DNA from: an uncultured bacterium
Lineage (GTDB): Bacteria; Desulfobacterota; BSN033; UBA1163
DNA length: 64,000 nt
Direction of reading: 5' to 3'
NCBI GenBank assembly: GCA_938002255.1
Contig: CALLAL010000003.1
Location: 65,639-129,638, forward strand
Shown here: positions 28,978-38,553 of the stretch, in pieces
Layout: every line of letters begins with the position of its first letter
Numbering within the stretch: position 1 is the first letter of the stretch
Notes under the pieces: generated by a model
Seen by the model: only the letters and a program-made list of their open reading frames with translations
The model's database searches: none
Told to the model about the DNA's origin: nothing
Program-made: the position numbers and the translations under genes

Positions 28978-29972
28978 AGCTCTTTGAGCATCATCAGGTC
29001 AGATCGGTGACCCAAGCCATCCGTCTTCTTGAACGTTACGGAGGCCGAGCCAAGTTAAATGCGGGCGGCACTGACCTTTTAGGTCTTCTCAAGGCTGATG
29101 TCCTGCCGGAATATCCTGAGGCAGTTATCGACATTAAACCGATAAGGAATCTAAAAAAGATCAAATTAGAAAAAGGGTTGCTCAAAATCGGTGCATTGGT
29201 TAAACTCGCGGACCTTGCGGAGTCGTCTTTGATGAGAAGTCAGTATCCAATCCTTGCAGAAGCAGCACTTCGTATCGGAAGCCCGCAACTCCGCAATGTG
29301 GCGACGATTGGAGGCAACCTCTGTCAGGATGTTCGGTGTTGGTACTACCGGTATCCGTGCCATATCGGAGGTCCTATCCTATGTCTTCGGAAAGGGGGAA
29401 ATACTTGCCCTGCAGTGAGAGGCGATCATCGATATCACGCCATTATGGGAGGAAAGGGATGTATGGCTGTCTGCCCCTCTGATCTGGCGACTGCCTTATC
29501 CGTTTATGATGCTCAGGTAGTCATCTCTGGGCCTGATGGGGAAAGGAATGTATTGATAATGGACTTCTACTATCCTCTGGGCTATGCTCTTCAGAAGAAC
29601 GAGATGGTAAAGGAAGTATTCCTCCCCCCTATCCCGCAGTCTTCGAAGCAGAAATTTATAAAATTCACTTTGAGAAAACCCATCGATTTTGCGCTGGTCA
29701 GCGTCGCATGTCTGCTTGGGTTCAAAGGGGATGAGGTTGCCGACGCAAGAATTGCGCTGGGTGCCATTTCACCTTCGCCCATCAGGGCTTATGGGGCAGA
29801 AAAGAGGTTGATAGGATCTCCCATCAACGAAACTATTGTCCATGAAGTTGCAGAAATCGCCTTACGCGATACTAAACCGTTGAGCGGCAATGGTTACAAA
29901 GTGAACATTGCTAAAACCCTGATTAAAAGGGTTTTGGCAGATTTACGGTTCAATCAGAAAGTAGATAGATGA
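28974..29972 (+). CDS. FAD-binding medium subunit with a Cys-rich [4Fe-4S] insert (HcrB-like)
   Basis: The motif LNAGGTDLL is present. The insert CQDVRCWYYRYPCHIGGPILCLRKGGNTCPAVRG...CMAVCPSD is Cys-rich. Confidence 0.8.
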   Translation: MKLFEHHQVRSVTQAIRLLERYGGRAKLNAGGTDLLGLLKADVLPEYPEAVIDIKPIRNLKKIKLEKGLLKIGALVKLADLAESSLMRSQYPILAEAALRIGSPQLRNVATIGGNLCQDVRCWYYRYPCHIGGPILCLRKGGNTCPAVRGDHRYHAIMGGKGCMAVCPSDLATALSVYDAQVVISGPDGERNVLIMDFYYPLGYALQKNEMVKEVFLPPIPQSSKQKFIKFTLRKPIDFALVSVACLLGFKGDEVADARIALGAISPSPIRAYGAEKRLIGSPINETIVHEVAEIALRDTKPLSGNGYKVNIAKTLIKRVLADLRFNQKVDR

Positions 29973-30068
29973 CCATTTCTACAACAAAATGTTAATCTGT
30001 TGACATCAATTTCGAAATTTGTAATAGTTAGAACATTTTTCTAAATCCGTTTAAAGGAGGATGGGGCT

Positions 30069-31349
30069 ATGAAAAGAAGAAGGTTTTTAATCTTTGTGGT
30101 ATTGGCTTTCCTGATCTGTGTTCCCTTTGTCTCTCAGGCTCAGCTGAAACCCGGCGACCCAGTCATCATCGGCGTTCCTACGTTTTTAGGTTCGATTGAG
30201 GGAGGGGAAAGTTTAAAAGCCGTCCAAATGGCAGCCGATGAGATCAATGCCAGAGGCGGCGTCACACTCAAAGGTGCAAAACACCCTATCAAAATTGAAG
30301 CAAGCGAGATTCGGGATGGTGCTCCAGGGGTCCCTGTACCTGAAGCCCTTCTCGGAATTGAGAAAATTATTCTGGACAAAAAGGTCCATGCGATTGTCGT
30401 TGGCCCTTTCCGATCCGAAGCCTTAATGGCAACGATGGATCTTCTTTCCAAGTATAAAGTGCCTATGCTCGGCACAATCGCCATGACACCAGCCTCAGAG
30501 GCAAAAATCATCGAAAACCCCGAGAAGTATAAATATGTTTTCAGGACCTGTTTAAATTCGAAATACTTTGCAGCGTTGTTGACCGGTGTCATGGCAGATT
30601 TAAACAAAGAATTTGGATTTAAAAAGGCCCATCTGATGAATCAGGACGTGTTGTGGGCAAGAGGGACAACAGCGGCGCTCAAAGGCTGGTATGAGAAAAA
30701 CGGATGGGACATTACAGGCCACGACGAATTTCCCACAGGGGCATCTGATTTTTCATCTGCCTTGATGAAAGCTAAAGCTAAAGGGGCCCAGATTCTGTTC
30801 ACATGTTTTGATATGCCGCAAAGCGGTATTCTGGTCAAACAATATAAGAGCATTCGAGTTCCTGCCTTGATGGCTGGATTTATCTCACCCATGGCTGGAG
30901 AGGTAGCTTGGAAGACCTTTGACAGGCAGATTGGTGGATTGTTGAATGCAATCTTTGAGTTAGGGAATATACCTTCAGTGAAGTACCCCCCTGCCATGGC
31001 ATTCTATGAAGCCTATAAGAAAAAATATAAAGATCCTATTCAATCTGGCCATGGGCCTGCTCCCGCTTACGAGTCTGTCTATGTCTTGAAAGAAGCCATG
31101 GAGAGGGCAAATACGATTGAACCCGATGCACTCGTTGCAGCCATCAAGCAAACCGACCGTGCGGGGGTAATAGGTAGAGTGAAATTTGATGCGGGCAATC
31201 AGGTCGTCTATGGTACAGACCCGTCGAAGGAAGCGGTTGCAGTCATGTTCCAGTGGAGTGAAGCTGGAGAACGAAGGATTGTTTATCCAGCGGCTTTGAC
31301 AGAGAAAAAAGTCTGGGCTCCAGAATGGGTGTTAAAACCGGGAAAATAA
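30069..31349 (+). CDS. ABC transporter periplasmic substrate-binding protein, branched-chain amino acid (LivK) family
   Basis: A signal peptide precedes a type I periplasmic binding protein fold. It is followed by LivHMGF-like genes. Confidence 0.8.
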   Translation: MKRRRFLIFVVLAFLICVPFVSQAQLKPGDPVIIGVPTFLGSIEGGESLKAVQMAADEINARGGVTLKGAKHPIKIEASEIRDGAPGVPVPEALLGIEKIILDKKVHAIVVGPFRSEALMATMDLLSKYKVPMLGTIAMTPASEAKIIENPEKYKYVFRTCLNSKYFAALLTGVMADLNKEFGFKKAHLMNQDVLWARGTTAALKGWYEKNGWDITGHDEFPTGASDFSSALMKAKAKGAQILFTCFDMPQSGILVKQYKSIRVPALMAGFISPMAGEVAWKTFDRQIGGLLNAIFELGNIPSVKYPPAMAFYEAYKKKYKDPIQSGHGPAPAYESVYVLKEAMERANTIEPDALVAAIKQTDRAGVIGRVKFDAGNQVVYGTDPSKEAVAVMFQWSEAGERRIVYPAALTEKKVWAPEWVLKPGK

Positions 31350-31374
31350 TTATTTCATTTATAAGTATGTTAAT

Positions 31375-31404
31375 GGGAGGCTCGTAGGAGCCTCCCTCAT
31401 TTTT
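31375..31404 (+). terminator. Rho-independent terminator / attenuator after the substrate-binding protein gene
   Basis: The stem GGGAGGCTC-GTAG-GAGCCTCCC is followed by TCATTTTT. Confidence 0.5.
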
Positions 31405-31436
31405 ACCCACGAACAGATTAGGATCAACAAGGAAAT

Positions 31437-32309
31437 ATGCTTCAGGGAACGCTGATTTATGGATTCGTCAACAGTGTCATTCTGGCTCTGATCGCCCTCG
31501 GGTTCAATCTCACCTTTGGGATCAGTGGCGTTGCCAATTTCGCCTATGGCGCCCTCTACATTTTTTCTGCCTATACGGCCTGGATGCTCTTGACCTGGTT
31601 AAAAATCAACTATTTGATCTCCATCGTGATTGCTGTTCTCCTGACCTCTTTGCTCGGTGGACTTATCTATAAATTTATTCTCCTTCGGGTGAGAGGAATG
31701 CCCATCTCAGAAGTCATCGCCTCTTTTGGTATCGGGCTTTCCATTCTCGAATTCTTTCGATTCTTAGGGTTTGTTGGATCGGAATACACCCTGCCTGTCT
31801 TTATCGATGGAAGTGTCTCCATCGGAGAGACCTATATTGATATCCAACGGCTTTTAATCGTGGTCATTGGGATCGCACTGGTCTCTATCCTTTATCTTTT
31901 TACCCATTATACGAAGACAGGCCTTGCCTTCAGGGGAATGGCTCAGGAAGAACGAACCGCTCTGATCCTCGGAATCAATTCAGACAAGATGGCCACGTTC
32001 AGTTTAGCCATTGGCTCTGGCTTGGCGGGCGTGGCAGCCATTACCATCCTTCCTCTGGGGCAAGTCGCAATCGAAGGAGGATATAGTGCTCTTTTGAATG
32101 CCCTGGCGGTCTGCATTGTTGGAGGGCTGGGAAGTACGGGAGGAATTCTCGTGGCCAGTGTTTTAATCGGATATGCTCAAACCTTTACAGCCACCTATAT
32201 TGGTTCTCATTGGATGATGATCGTGAGCCTGATCGCCATTCTCGTCATCCTGATCATCAAGCCATCAGGACTGTTCGGAAAACAGAAAGAGCTGGAGGAA
32301 AGGATTTAA
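31437..32309 (+). CDS. livH: Branched-chain amino acid ABC transporter permease (LivH family)
   Basis: A 290-aa polytopic protein with LivH-like conservation. Confidence 0.8.
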   Translation: MLQGTLIYGFVNSVILALIALGFNLTFGISGVANFAYGALYIFSAYTAWMLLTWLKINYLISIVIAVLLTSLLGGLIYKFILLRVRGMPISEVIASFGIGLSILEFFRFLGFVGSEYTLPVFIDGSVSIGETYIDIQRLLIVVIGIALVSILYLFTHYTKTGLAFRGMAQEERTALILGINSDKMATFSLAIGSGLAGVAAITILPLGQVAIEGGYSALLNALAVCIVGGLGSTGGILVASVLIGYAQTFTATYIGSHWMMIVSLIAILVILIIKPSGLFGKQKELEERI

Positions 32310-32367
32310 GCAGAAAGAACAAAAGAAAAGGTCAACGGTAAAAGGAAGAAATACACAATAGATCCTT

Positions 32368-33372
32368 ATGGAATATCGCAAAGAACGAATTGATCGAGGG
32401 ATTAAAGCGAGGACAGAAGATATTTACGCTTTATTCTCTTATCGGGAGATGCTCTATCTCCTCCTGCCCCGTGTTGTTCCGATTCTCATTCTGCTGCTTC
32501 TGACACTGATGGTTAGCGTTTACTGGCAAAAGGTATTGATTTCCACGGCTGTCTTTGCCTTGCTTGCTTTAAGCTGGGATCTTTTAACAGCCGTCGGGAT
32601 GGTCTCCTTGGGACAGGCTCTCTTCTTTGGAGTGGGGGCTTATATGAGCGGGATTTTAAATCACGATTTCCACCTCACGCCTCTCCTCAGCATTCCTGTC
32701 GCAACCATAGGTGGAGGAGTGCTTTGCACGATTTTGCTTCTACCGGTTCTGAGATTGCGCGGAATCTATTTTGCAATGGTCACGCTCGCCCTTCCTTTAA
32801 TGCTGGTCAGGATTATCGAGGCTACAAAGATCTTCGGAGGAACGGAGGGATTGAGTGGGTTGAGTGGCCTTCCGAGCATCCGATTTGAATTGTATTTGAG
32901 CCTTCTTGCAGTCCTTGTCGTACTCTTCTTTTTTAGAAGATTGATCAATACCGATTATGGCTTGGTACTCAGGGGCATTCGAGATAACGATCGCTCTGTG
33001 ATGAGGAGTGGGATTAATATCTACTGGTATAAGGCACAAGCTCTCTTTCTGGCCAGTTCCGTCGGAGCCTTTGCTGGGGCACTGATGACCCACGTATATA
33101 TGTTTGTAGGAATGCCTGTCTTTGAGATGGACTACTCCATTCTACCTATTGCCTCAGCCGTAGTGGGCGGGATGGGAACGTTTGCAGGGTCTATGCTGGG
33201 AGCCTTTATTCTGGTCCCCTTATCGGAGGCACTTCGTGGCGTGGGAGGTTTGAGGATTGTTATTTATGGTCTCTTCCTGGTGATTTTCACTGTGGGTCTC
33301 CCCGAGGGAATCTTTCATTACCTGCAGAGGAAATATCATCAATTTGAACGATGGGTGAAGGTCGAGAAATGA
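32368..33372 (+). CDS. livM: Branched-chain amino acid ABC transporter permease (LivM family)
   Basis: A 334-aa polytopic protein of the LivM family. Confidence 0.8.
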   Translation: MEYRKERIDRGIKARTEDIYALFSYREMLYLLLPRVVPILILLLLTLMVSVYWQKVLISTAVFALLALSWDLLTAVGMVSLGQALFFGVGAYMSGILNHDFHLTPLLSIPVATIGGGVLCTILLLPVLRLRGIYFAMVTLALPLMLVRIIEATKIFGGTEGLSGLSGLPSIRFELYLSLLAVLVVLFFFRRLINTDYGLVLRGIRDNDRSVMRSGINIYWYKAQALFLASSVGAFAGALMTHVYMFVGMPVFEMDYSILPIASAVVGGMGTFAGSMLGAFILVPLSEALRGVGGLRIVIYGLFLVIFTVGLPEGIFHYLQRKYHQFERWVKVEK

Positions 33373-34127
33373 AACAAGAGGTGCCTTTCCTAAATGTGAG
33401 CGGCCTGACCAAAGGGTTTGGCGGCATCAAAGCCGTTGATTCGGTCAGTTTTGAGTTGAAAAAGGGAGAGATCCTCGGGGTGATCGGGCCCAATGGCTCT
33501 GGAAAGACGACCCTGGTCAACCTGATCACAGGCTTTGTTAAACCTGATGCAGGTAAGGTCTATTATCAGGGAAGGGATATCACAGGATGGATGCCTCACC
33601 GGATCGCCGACCTTGGAATTGCAAGGGCTTTTCAGATGGTCAAGCCCTTTTATCAGCTTCCTGCTTTCAAAAACCTCATCATTCCGCTCTTCTCACCCAG
33701 GGTGAAAAGACTCGCAGGCGGGAAATATGGGGATCGAGATGCCATGGCTATCGATCTTCTTGAGGAAGTTGGTTTTGAACGCGACTCCTTCGTGCCCTTC
33801 AAGGTGGCAAGTGTTCTTCCACATGGCTATCTGAAAAGGATGGAACTGGCTCTCTGCCTCGCTTTAAGGCCTGAGTTAATCATTCTCGATGAGCTCTTCT
33901 CCGGCCTCAGCATGGCAGAGGTGGCAAGCATGCTCCCCATCATCGAGAAACTCCTCTCCGAGAATTTGACGATTATTATGATTGAGCACCGGCTCCGGGA
34001 ATTGTTTAGAATTTCAAACCGGGTCATCGTTCTTAATTTTGGGAAAAAGATTGCAGAAGGTCCCCCAAAAGAGGTCATGGAAAACGAAGAAGTCAAAAAG
34101 GCTTATTTGGGTTCTGAAGCGGAGTAA
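33369..34127 (+). CDS. livG: ABC transporter ATP-binding protein (LivG family)
   Basis: Walker A GPNGSGKTT, signature LSGLSMAE and Walker B IILDE are present. Confidence 0.8.
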   Translation: MKQEVPFLNVSGLTKGFGGIKAVDSVSFELKKGEILGVIGPNGSGKTTLVNLITGFVKPDAGKVYYQGRDITGWMPHRIADLGIARAFQMVKPFYQLPAFKNLIIPLFSPRVKRLAGGKYGDRDAMAIDLLEEVGFERDSFVPFKVASVLPHGYLKRMELALCLALRPELIILDELFSGLSMAEVASMLPIIEKLLSENLTIIMIEHRLRELFRISNRVIVLNFGKKIAEGPPKEVMENEEVKKAYLGSEAE

Positions 34128-34173
34128 TCCCACCCCTCCTCCCCCTTTTGGGTTCAGGGAAAGGAAATTTATT

Positions 34174-34920
34174 ATGTTAGAGGTCAAAAACCTTTTAGTC
34201 TTTTATGAGAATGCCCTGGCGATTAACGACCTGAGTCTGCGGGTAGAAAAGGGTCAGATGGTTGGGGTGATCGGATCAAACAGCGCAGGGAAGACCACCC
34301 TGATGAACACCCTTTCCGGATTGATCATTGATATGAAGATCAAAGAGGAGAGAAAGGGGGGAGAGCGAATTACGATCATGGGTGAGGTCATCTTTAACGG
34401 AGAAGAGATTACCCATCTGGAGCCTTATGATCGTGCCAAGAAAGGAATGGCCCTCTGCAGGGAAAGACACCCCATCTTTCCAGAAAGCGATGTCCTTGAG
34501 AATCTGAAGATCGCAGGATATCTAATCAAGAGATCTGAGCTAAAAGAACGAATCGATTTTGTCTTCAGCCTCTTTCCTGCATTGGTGGGTTTAAAGCACA
34601 GGCGTGCTGGCTTCTTAAGTGGTGGAGAGCAGCAGATGCTTGCCATTGGAATGGCTCTCATGATCCAACCCATTCTTCTCCTACTTGATGAGCCTCTTTT
34701 GGGGTTGAGCCCTGCGATTCAGATTAAACTCGTGGACGCAATTAAGAACATTCAGAAGGAGATGGGGATTACAACGGTCATTAGTGAACAATTTGCACGA
34801 CCCATCCTCCCGATGATTGACTATGGATATATCATTGAAAACGGCATGCTCACCCTGACCGGCTCTGGGAAAGAGTTGATGGGTAATCCCGAGGTCCGGG
34901 CAGCCTATTTCGGAGTGTAA
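34174..34920 (+). CDS. livF: ABC transporter ATP-binding protein (LivF family)
   Basis: Walker A GSNSAGKTT, signature LSGGEQQML and Walker B LLLDEP are present. An SD precedes the ATG at 34174. Confidence 0.8.
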   Translation: MLEVKNLLVFYENALAINDLSLRVEKGQMVGVIGSNSAGKTTLMNTLSGLIIDMKIKEERKGGERITIMGEVIFNGEEITHLEPYDRAKKGMALCRERHPIFPESDVLENLKIAGYLIKRSELKERIDFVFSLFPALVGLKHRRAGFLSGGEQQMLAIGMALMIQPILLLLDEPLLGLSPAIQIKLVDAIKNIQKEMGITTVISEQFARPILPMIDYGYIIENGMLTLTGSGKELMGNPEVRAAYFGV

Positions 34921-34925
34921 TTTCA

Positions 34926-36584
34926 GTGTATCGGAACATGATTCGCTTAAATTCAAAACCGCAGACGATCATCGAAGCCTTTGAATCACAGGTCGAAAGA
35001 CATCCTGATAAGACAGCGATCATTTTTCTCGGGACGGAATTTTCTTATGCTGAAATTGGCGAATATGTCAACCGATTTGCCTCGGCTCTTTTTCAGATGG
35101 GAGTGAAAGAAGAAGAGAAACTGATCATCTACATTCCAAACTCCCCTCAATGGGTCATTGCCTGGCTCGGTATTCAGAAGATCGGAGGCGTGGCGGTTCC
35201 CATCACCCCCATCTATACCTCCTATGACCTTCAGTATATTGCCAATGACAGCGGTGCAGAAACCGTCATCTGTGCTGATACCAATTACGGCTATGTTAAA
35301 CGGGCCATAACGGGTGCCAATCTCCATCGAATCATCGTGACCAATGTGGTTGACCTTCTTCCTTGGTGGAAAAGGACTTTTGGAAAAGCCTTCGATAAGG
35401 TTCCCTCTGGAAAAGTTTCCAAAGACAAGCAGACCCATCTATTTAAAAAATTGATAGGCCATCCTGGATCGCTTCCTCCAGAGATCCAGTTAGAAAAAAG
35501 TCGGGTGATTGAGATTCTCTACACAGGCGGAACGACGAAATTCCCAAAAGGCGTTCCTATCACCTATGACCTCTTCATGGAATCGGCAGAGGAACAATTG
35601 AATGTCAGCACCCCTCTCTTCCCCAAAGAAGAGAATACCATTCTTGCGGGTGCCCCCCTTTTTCATATCCTCGGGCAAGCCTGTGAATTGGCAACCCTCT
35701 GTTTCGGGGGAACACTCATCCTTCAACCCAAAGTCAATCTTGATGGAATGCTGGAAACCATCCAGCGATTTAACGCAAAGACCTTTGTCGGCGTTCCTGC
35801 CCTTTACCGGATGATCCTTGAGCATGATCGGGTGGATTTTTATAATCTGAGCTCTCTTCAATACTGCTTCTGTGCCGGAGACGTCCTTCCCATTGAGATT
35901 GGAACTCGCTGGTATGAAAAATTTAAGAAGAAGATATATCAGGGATATGGAGCGACTGAGACCTGTGGAGGAGTGGCCATGTGTCCAGTGGACGTTGACA
36001 ATCCACCCAGAAGCATGGGACGGGTCGTTCCGAGTAAGAAGATCAAAATCGTCAACCCTGACACCCTGGAACCCGTTCCGCTTGGAGAACCAGGGGAGTT
36101 GATCGTCTCTTCAGACCGAATGGTCACGGCTTACTGGAATAAACCTGAGGAAACGGCTGCTTCCTTTGTTGAACTGGAAGGACGGAAATGGTACCGCACA
36201 GGGGATATCGTCTCGATGGATGAAAAAGGTCATCTCTATTTTGTGGATCGAACCGTTGACACGATCAAACACAAGGGATATCGAGTATCCGCTTCTGAGA
36301 TCGAATCCGTTCTTCAGGAACATCCCGCCGTGGTTGGAGCCTGCGTGGTAGGGGTTCCAGATCAGGAGGTTGGGGAAAGAATTAAAGCCTTTGTCGTTCT
36401 CAAGGAAGATATCAAGGGCATAACAGGATATGATCTGATCAAATGGTGTCGCCAGAAATTAGCCTCTTACAAGGTTCCCCAGTACATCGAATTCCGCGAC
36501 ATGCTTCCCAAATCAAAAGTCGGAAAACTCTTGAGGCGCGAGATGAGGGCCGAAGAGCGAAAGCGCCAAGAAAAGACCGAGTAA
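34926..36584 (+). CDS. AMP-dependent acyl-CoA synthetase/ligase (aromatic acid CoA ligase-like)
   Basis: The AMP-binding motif YTGGTTKFPKGV is present. Length is 552 aa. It sits directly downstream of the Liv-type transporter, as in benzoate and phenylacetate uptake loci. Confidence 0.8.
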   Translation: MYRNMIRLNSKPQTIIEAFESQVERHPDKTAIIFLGTEFSYAEIGEYVNRFASALFQMGVKEEEKLIIYIPNSPQWVIAWLGIQKIGGVAVPITPIYTSYDLQYIANDSGAETVICADTNYGYVKRAITGANLHRIIVTNVVDLLPWWKRTFGKAFDKVPSGKVSKDKQTHLFKKLIGHPGSLPPEIQLEKSRVIEILYTGGTTKFPKGVPITYDLFMESAEEQLNVSTPLFPKEENTILAGAPLFHILGQACELATLCFGGTLILQPKVNLDGMLETIQRFNAKTFVGVPALYRMILEHDRVDFYNLSSLQYCFCAGDVLPIEIGTRWYEKFKKKIYQGYGATETCGGVAMCPVDVDNPPRSMGRVVPSKKIKIVNPDTLEPVPLGEPGELIVSSDRMVTAYWNKPEETAASFVELEGRKWYRTGDIVSMDEKGHLYFVDRTVDTIKHKGYRVSASEIESVLQEHPAVVGACVVGVPDQEVGERIKAFVVLKEDIKGITGYDLIKWCRQKLASYKVPQYIEFRDMLPKSKVGKLLRREMRAEERKRQEKTE

Positions 36585-36654
36585 GAACATCGCCCTTCTT
36601 TCAGGTCGTCAAATAAAAATGTATCGCCGATTTGACCGGGCTTCCTTGGAATGT

Positions 36655-38247
36655 CTACGGTGGATTCTCTCCACATCGTGCCTGGAACCACTCTTCATGA
36701 AATCTTTTCAGGAGATGGTGCTGCTGGCGAAGGGAAAAATCAGTATATTCAGGATCCTTCTTACCGTAGGCCCTTTCAATAAAAGCCATCGATTCGTGCG
36801 TGATCCGAATCTCCCTTTTGATCTTCTCGCATCTGTTCGGGTCAAATCGAAAGGGAATCGTCTCCTTTTGAGGAGGAGCCCTTGATTCGACTTTCTTTAA
36901 AGGGGGAGGGGGCTCTCTGCATTCCGACTTTTTCCACTCTTCGTTCAATCTCGCCAGAAGGTGACGTTGCTGTTGAATCGAGAAATCAGCGTACTTCGGA
37001 TTTCTCTTCCGATAGGTCCTTTCAATAAAGGCGATAGACTGGTTGGCTGAACGAACCTTGTCGTGGATCATTTCACACTTTTTCAGCCCCCAGCGAGCCT
37101 CGATCGAATCCGATGGATGCGGAGAGAACCAGAGGTGGTTCTGGTAAACATCGTAAAGAGAGACCGCACGATTCTCAGAGATCGTCATCAAAATGGTCTC
37201 CATCCTCTTTTTGATATCTAGGGGGTCGAGGGGGTTCGATTCAACGATCTGATCAAGATGGTCGATTAAAGAGATGATCATTCCGTCACGTCCTGACGTA
37301 TGATACAGTTCCCATCCTTCAGTTCCTTTTGCACAAAGATCAGTCTGACATTGCTGGTAACCTTCTAAAACAAGAGGAACTCGTTCTTTCAAGTACCGTT
37401 TAAGAGTTTCCAACCCCTTAACGAACGTTTCCTCAGGAGTGTACGGATTTGGATCAATTCGTTTAGCGACAGCCTCCACAAAGTCCACTCCTCCTTTATA
37501 GAAAGCAGGAAGGTATTGCTCCTCTGAGTAGAAAGGGTGTTCTTTGACAGGAAGATATGTCCAAGCGCCGTTTTCAAAAACGGGCCAGCGAAATTTTACA
37601 AGACCTGAACCCGCTTTGGCGTCTGGTTTACCAGAGAAGAAATATTTTGGACTTAATTTCTGTATTTTCACTGGAAGAGCGGATTCCCAGGTTTGAAGGG
37701 GATGAGGATGGCTTCCGTCGACAAAAACACGACTGATCATGCCGGTATGGGATTCTGTCTCTAAAAAGAGGGTCCCAGGTCTAATCGAATCCGGTGTAAT
37801 CCGGACAGGGTAAGTATCAAGAGGTAGCGTTCCCGTCCATGTCCTTGGAAAGAGATAGAACAGGGCAGCACGGAAGCGTCTGTCTTGATGCCACTCGGAA
37901 TGGGTAGGGAGGTGTTTCCAGTTCGTTGACCAATGGCCGACCCACTCTCCATCTTTGGTGGTTGCCGCCGCAGGGAGACGAGCAATGCGGGCGTAAATCC
38001 ATCGGATTGCATAAACGGCATCTGCACAATCTGTGGGGATATGATACCGGATGAAAAAATCTTCCGTGATCGTCTCTTCTACCCATTTCTCAAACAGACG
38101 TTCCTCTTCGATCGTCCAACGGCGATCGCCAACCTCCCAGATCTGATCCGAAGATTCATTAAACGTTTGACTAAAAGAGATCGTAGGGATAAAAAAGATC
38201 AGGATTAAGATAAACAAAGGCATCATTCCCCTTGCAAGCCCCCCCAT
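36655..38247 (-). CDS. Secreted hypothetical protein with two tandem C-terminal ~60-aa Cys-bracketed repeats
   Basis: A signal peptide MGGLARGMMPLFILILIFFIPTISFSQ is present. The repeats are CEMIHDKVRSANQSIAFIERTYRKRNPKYADFSIQQQRHLLARLNEEWKKSEC and CEKIKREIRITHESMAFIERAYGKKDPEYTDFSLRQQHHLLKRFHEEWFQARC. Confidence 0.5.
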   Translation of the reverse strand: MGGLARGMMPLFILILIFFIPTISFSQTFNESSDQIWEVGDRRWTIEEERLFEKWVEETITEDFFIRYHIPTDCADAVYAIRWIYARIARLPAAATTKDGEWVGHWSTNWKHLPTHSEWHQDRRFRAALFYLFPRTWTGTLPLDTYPVRITPDSIRPGTLFLETESHTGMISRVFVDGSHPHPLQTWESALPVKIQKLSPKYFFSGKPDAKAGSGLVKFRWPVFENGAWTYLPVKEHPFYSEEQYLPAFYKGGVDFVEAVAKRIDPNPYTPEETFVKGLETLKRYLKERVPLVLEGYQQCQTDLCAKGTEGWELYHTSGRDGMIISLIDHLDQIVESNPLDPLDIKKRMETILMTISENRAVSLYDVYQNHLWFSPHPSDSIEARWGLKKCEMIHDKVRSANQSIAFIERTYRKRNPKYADFSIQQQRHLLARLNEEWKKSECREPPPPLKKVESRAPPQKETIPFRFDPNRCEKIKREIRITHESMAFIERAYGKKDPEYTDFSLRQQHHLLKRFHEEWFQARCGENPP

Positions 38248-38301
38248 CCGCGATGAAAAAAAAATAACCTAAAACCGGCAGACCTCCGGAATCCATCAGG
38301 C

Positions 38302-38514
38302 TCAAGAAAACCCTCTGGACCCAGATGAGCCACAGGAGGAAGTGGATTCTGATCTTTTTGTTGTGGAGAACCCTGAGACAACTTTCTCTGGCTCCCATTC
38401 TCCACAATAGGGACATGAGATGGATTCGGGTCCCTCCTGGACCTTTTGAATCTTTTCAAAAAACTCTCCGCACTTTCGACATCGATACTCATAAATAGGC
38501 ATCGTTTCCTCCAT
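38302..38514 (-). CDS. FmdB family zinc-ribbon protein
   Basis: MPIYEYRCRKCGEFFE...CPYCG has the CxxC...CxxC FmdB signature. Confidence 0.6.
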   Translation of the reverse strand: MEETMPIYEYRCRKCGEFFEKIQKVQEGPESISCPYCGEWEPEKVVSGFSTTKRSESTSSCGSSGSRGFS

Positions 38515-38553
38515 CTAATTCACATCGCACACGGTGCTTAGCGTTGAGGGGTT

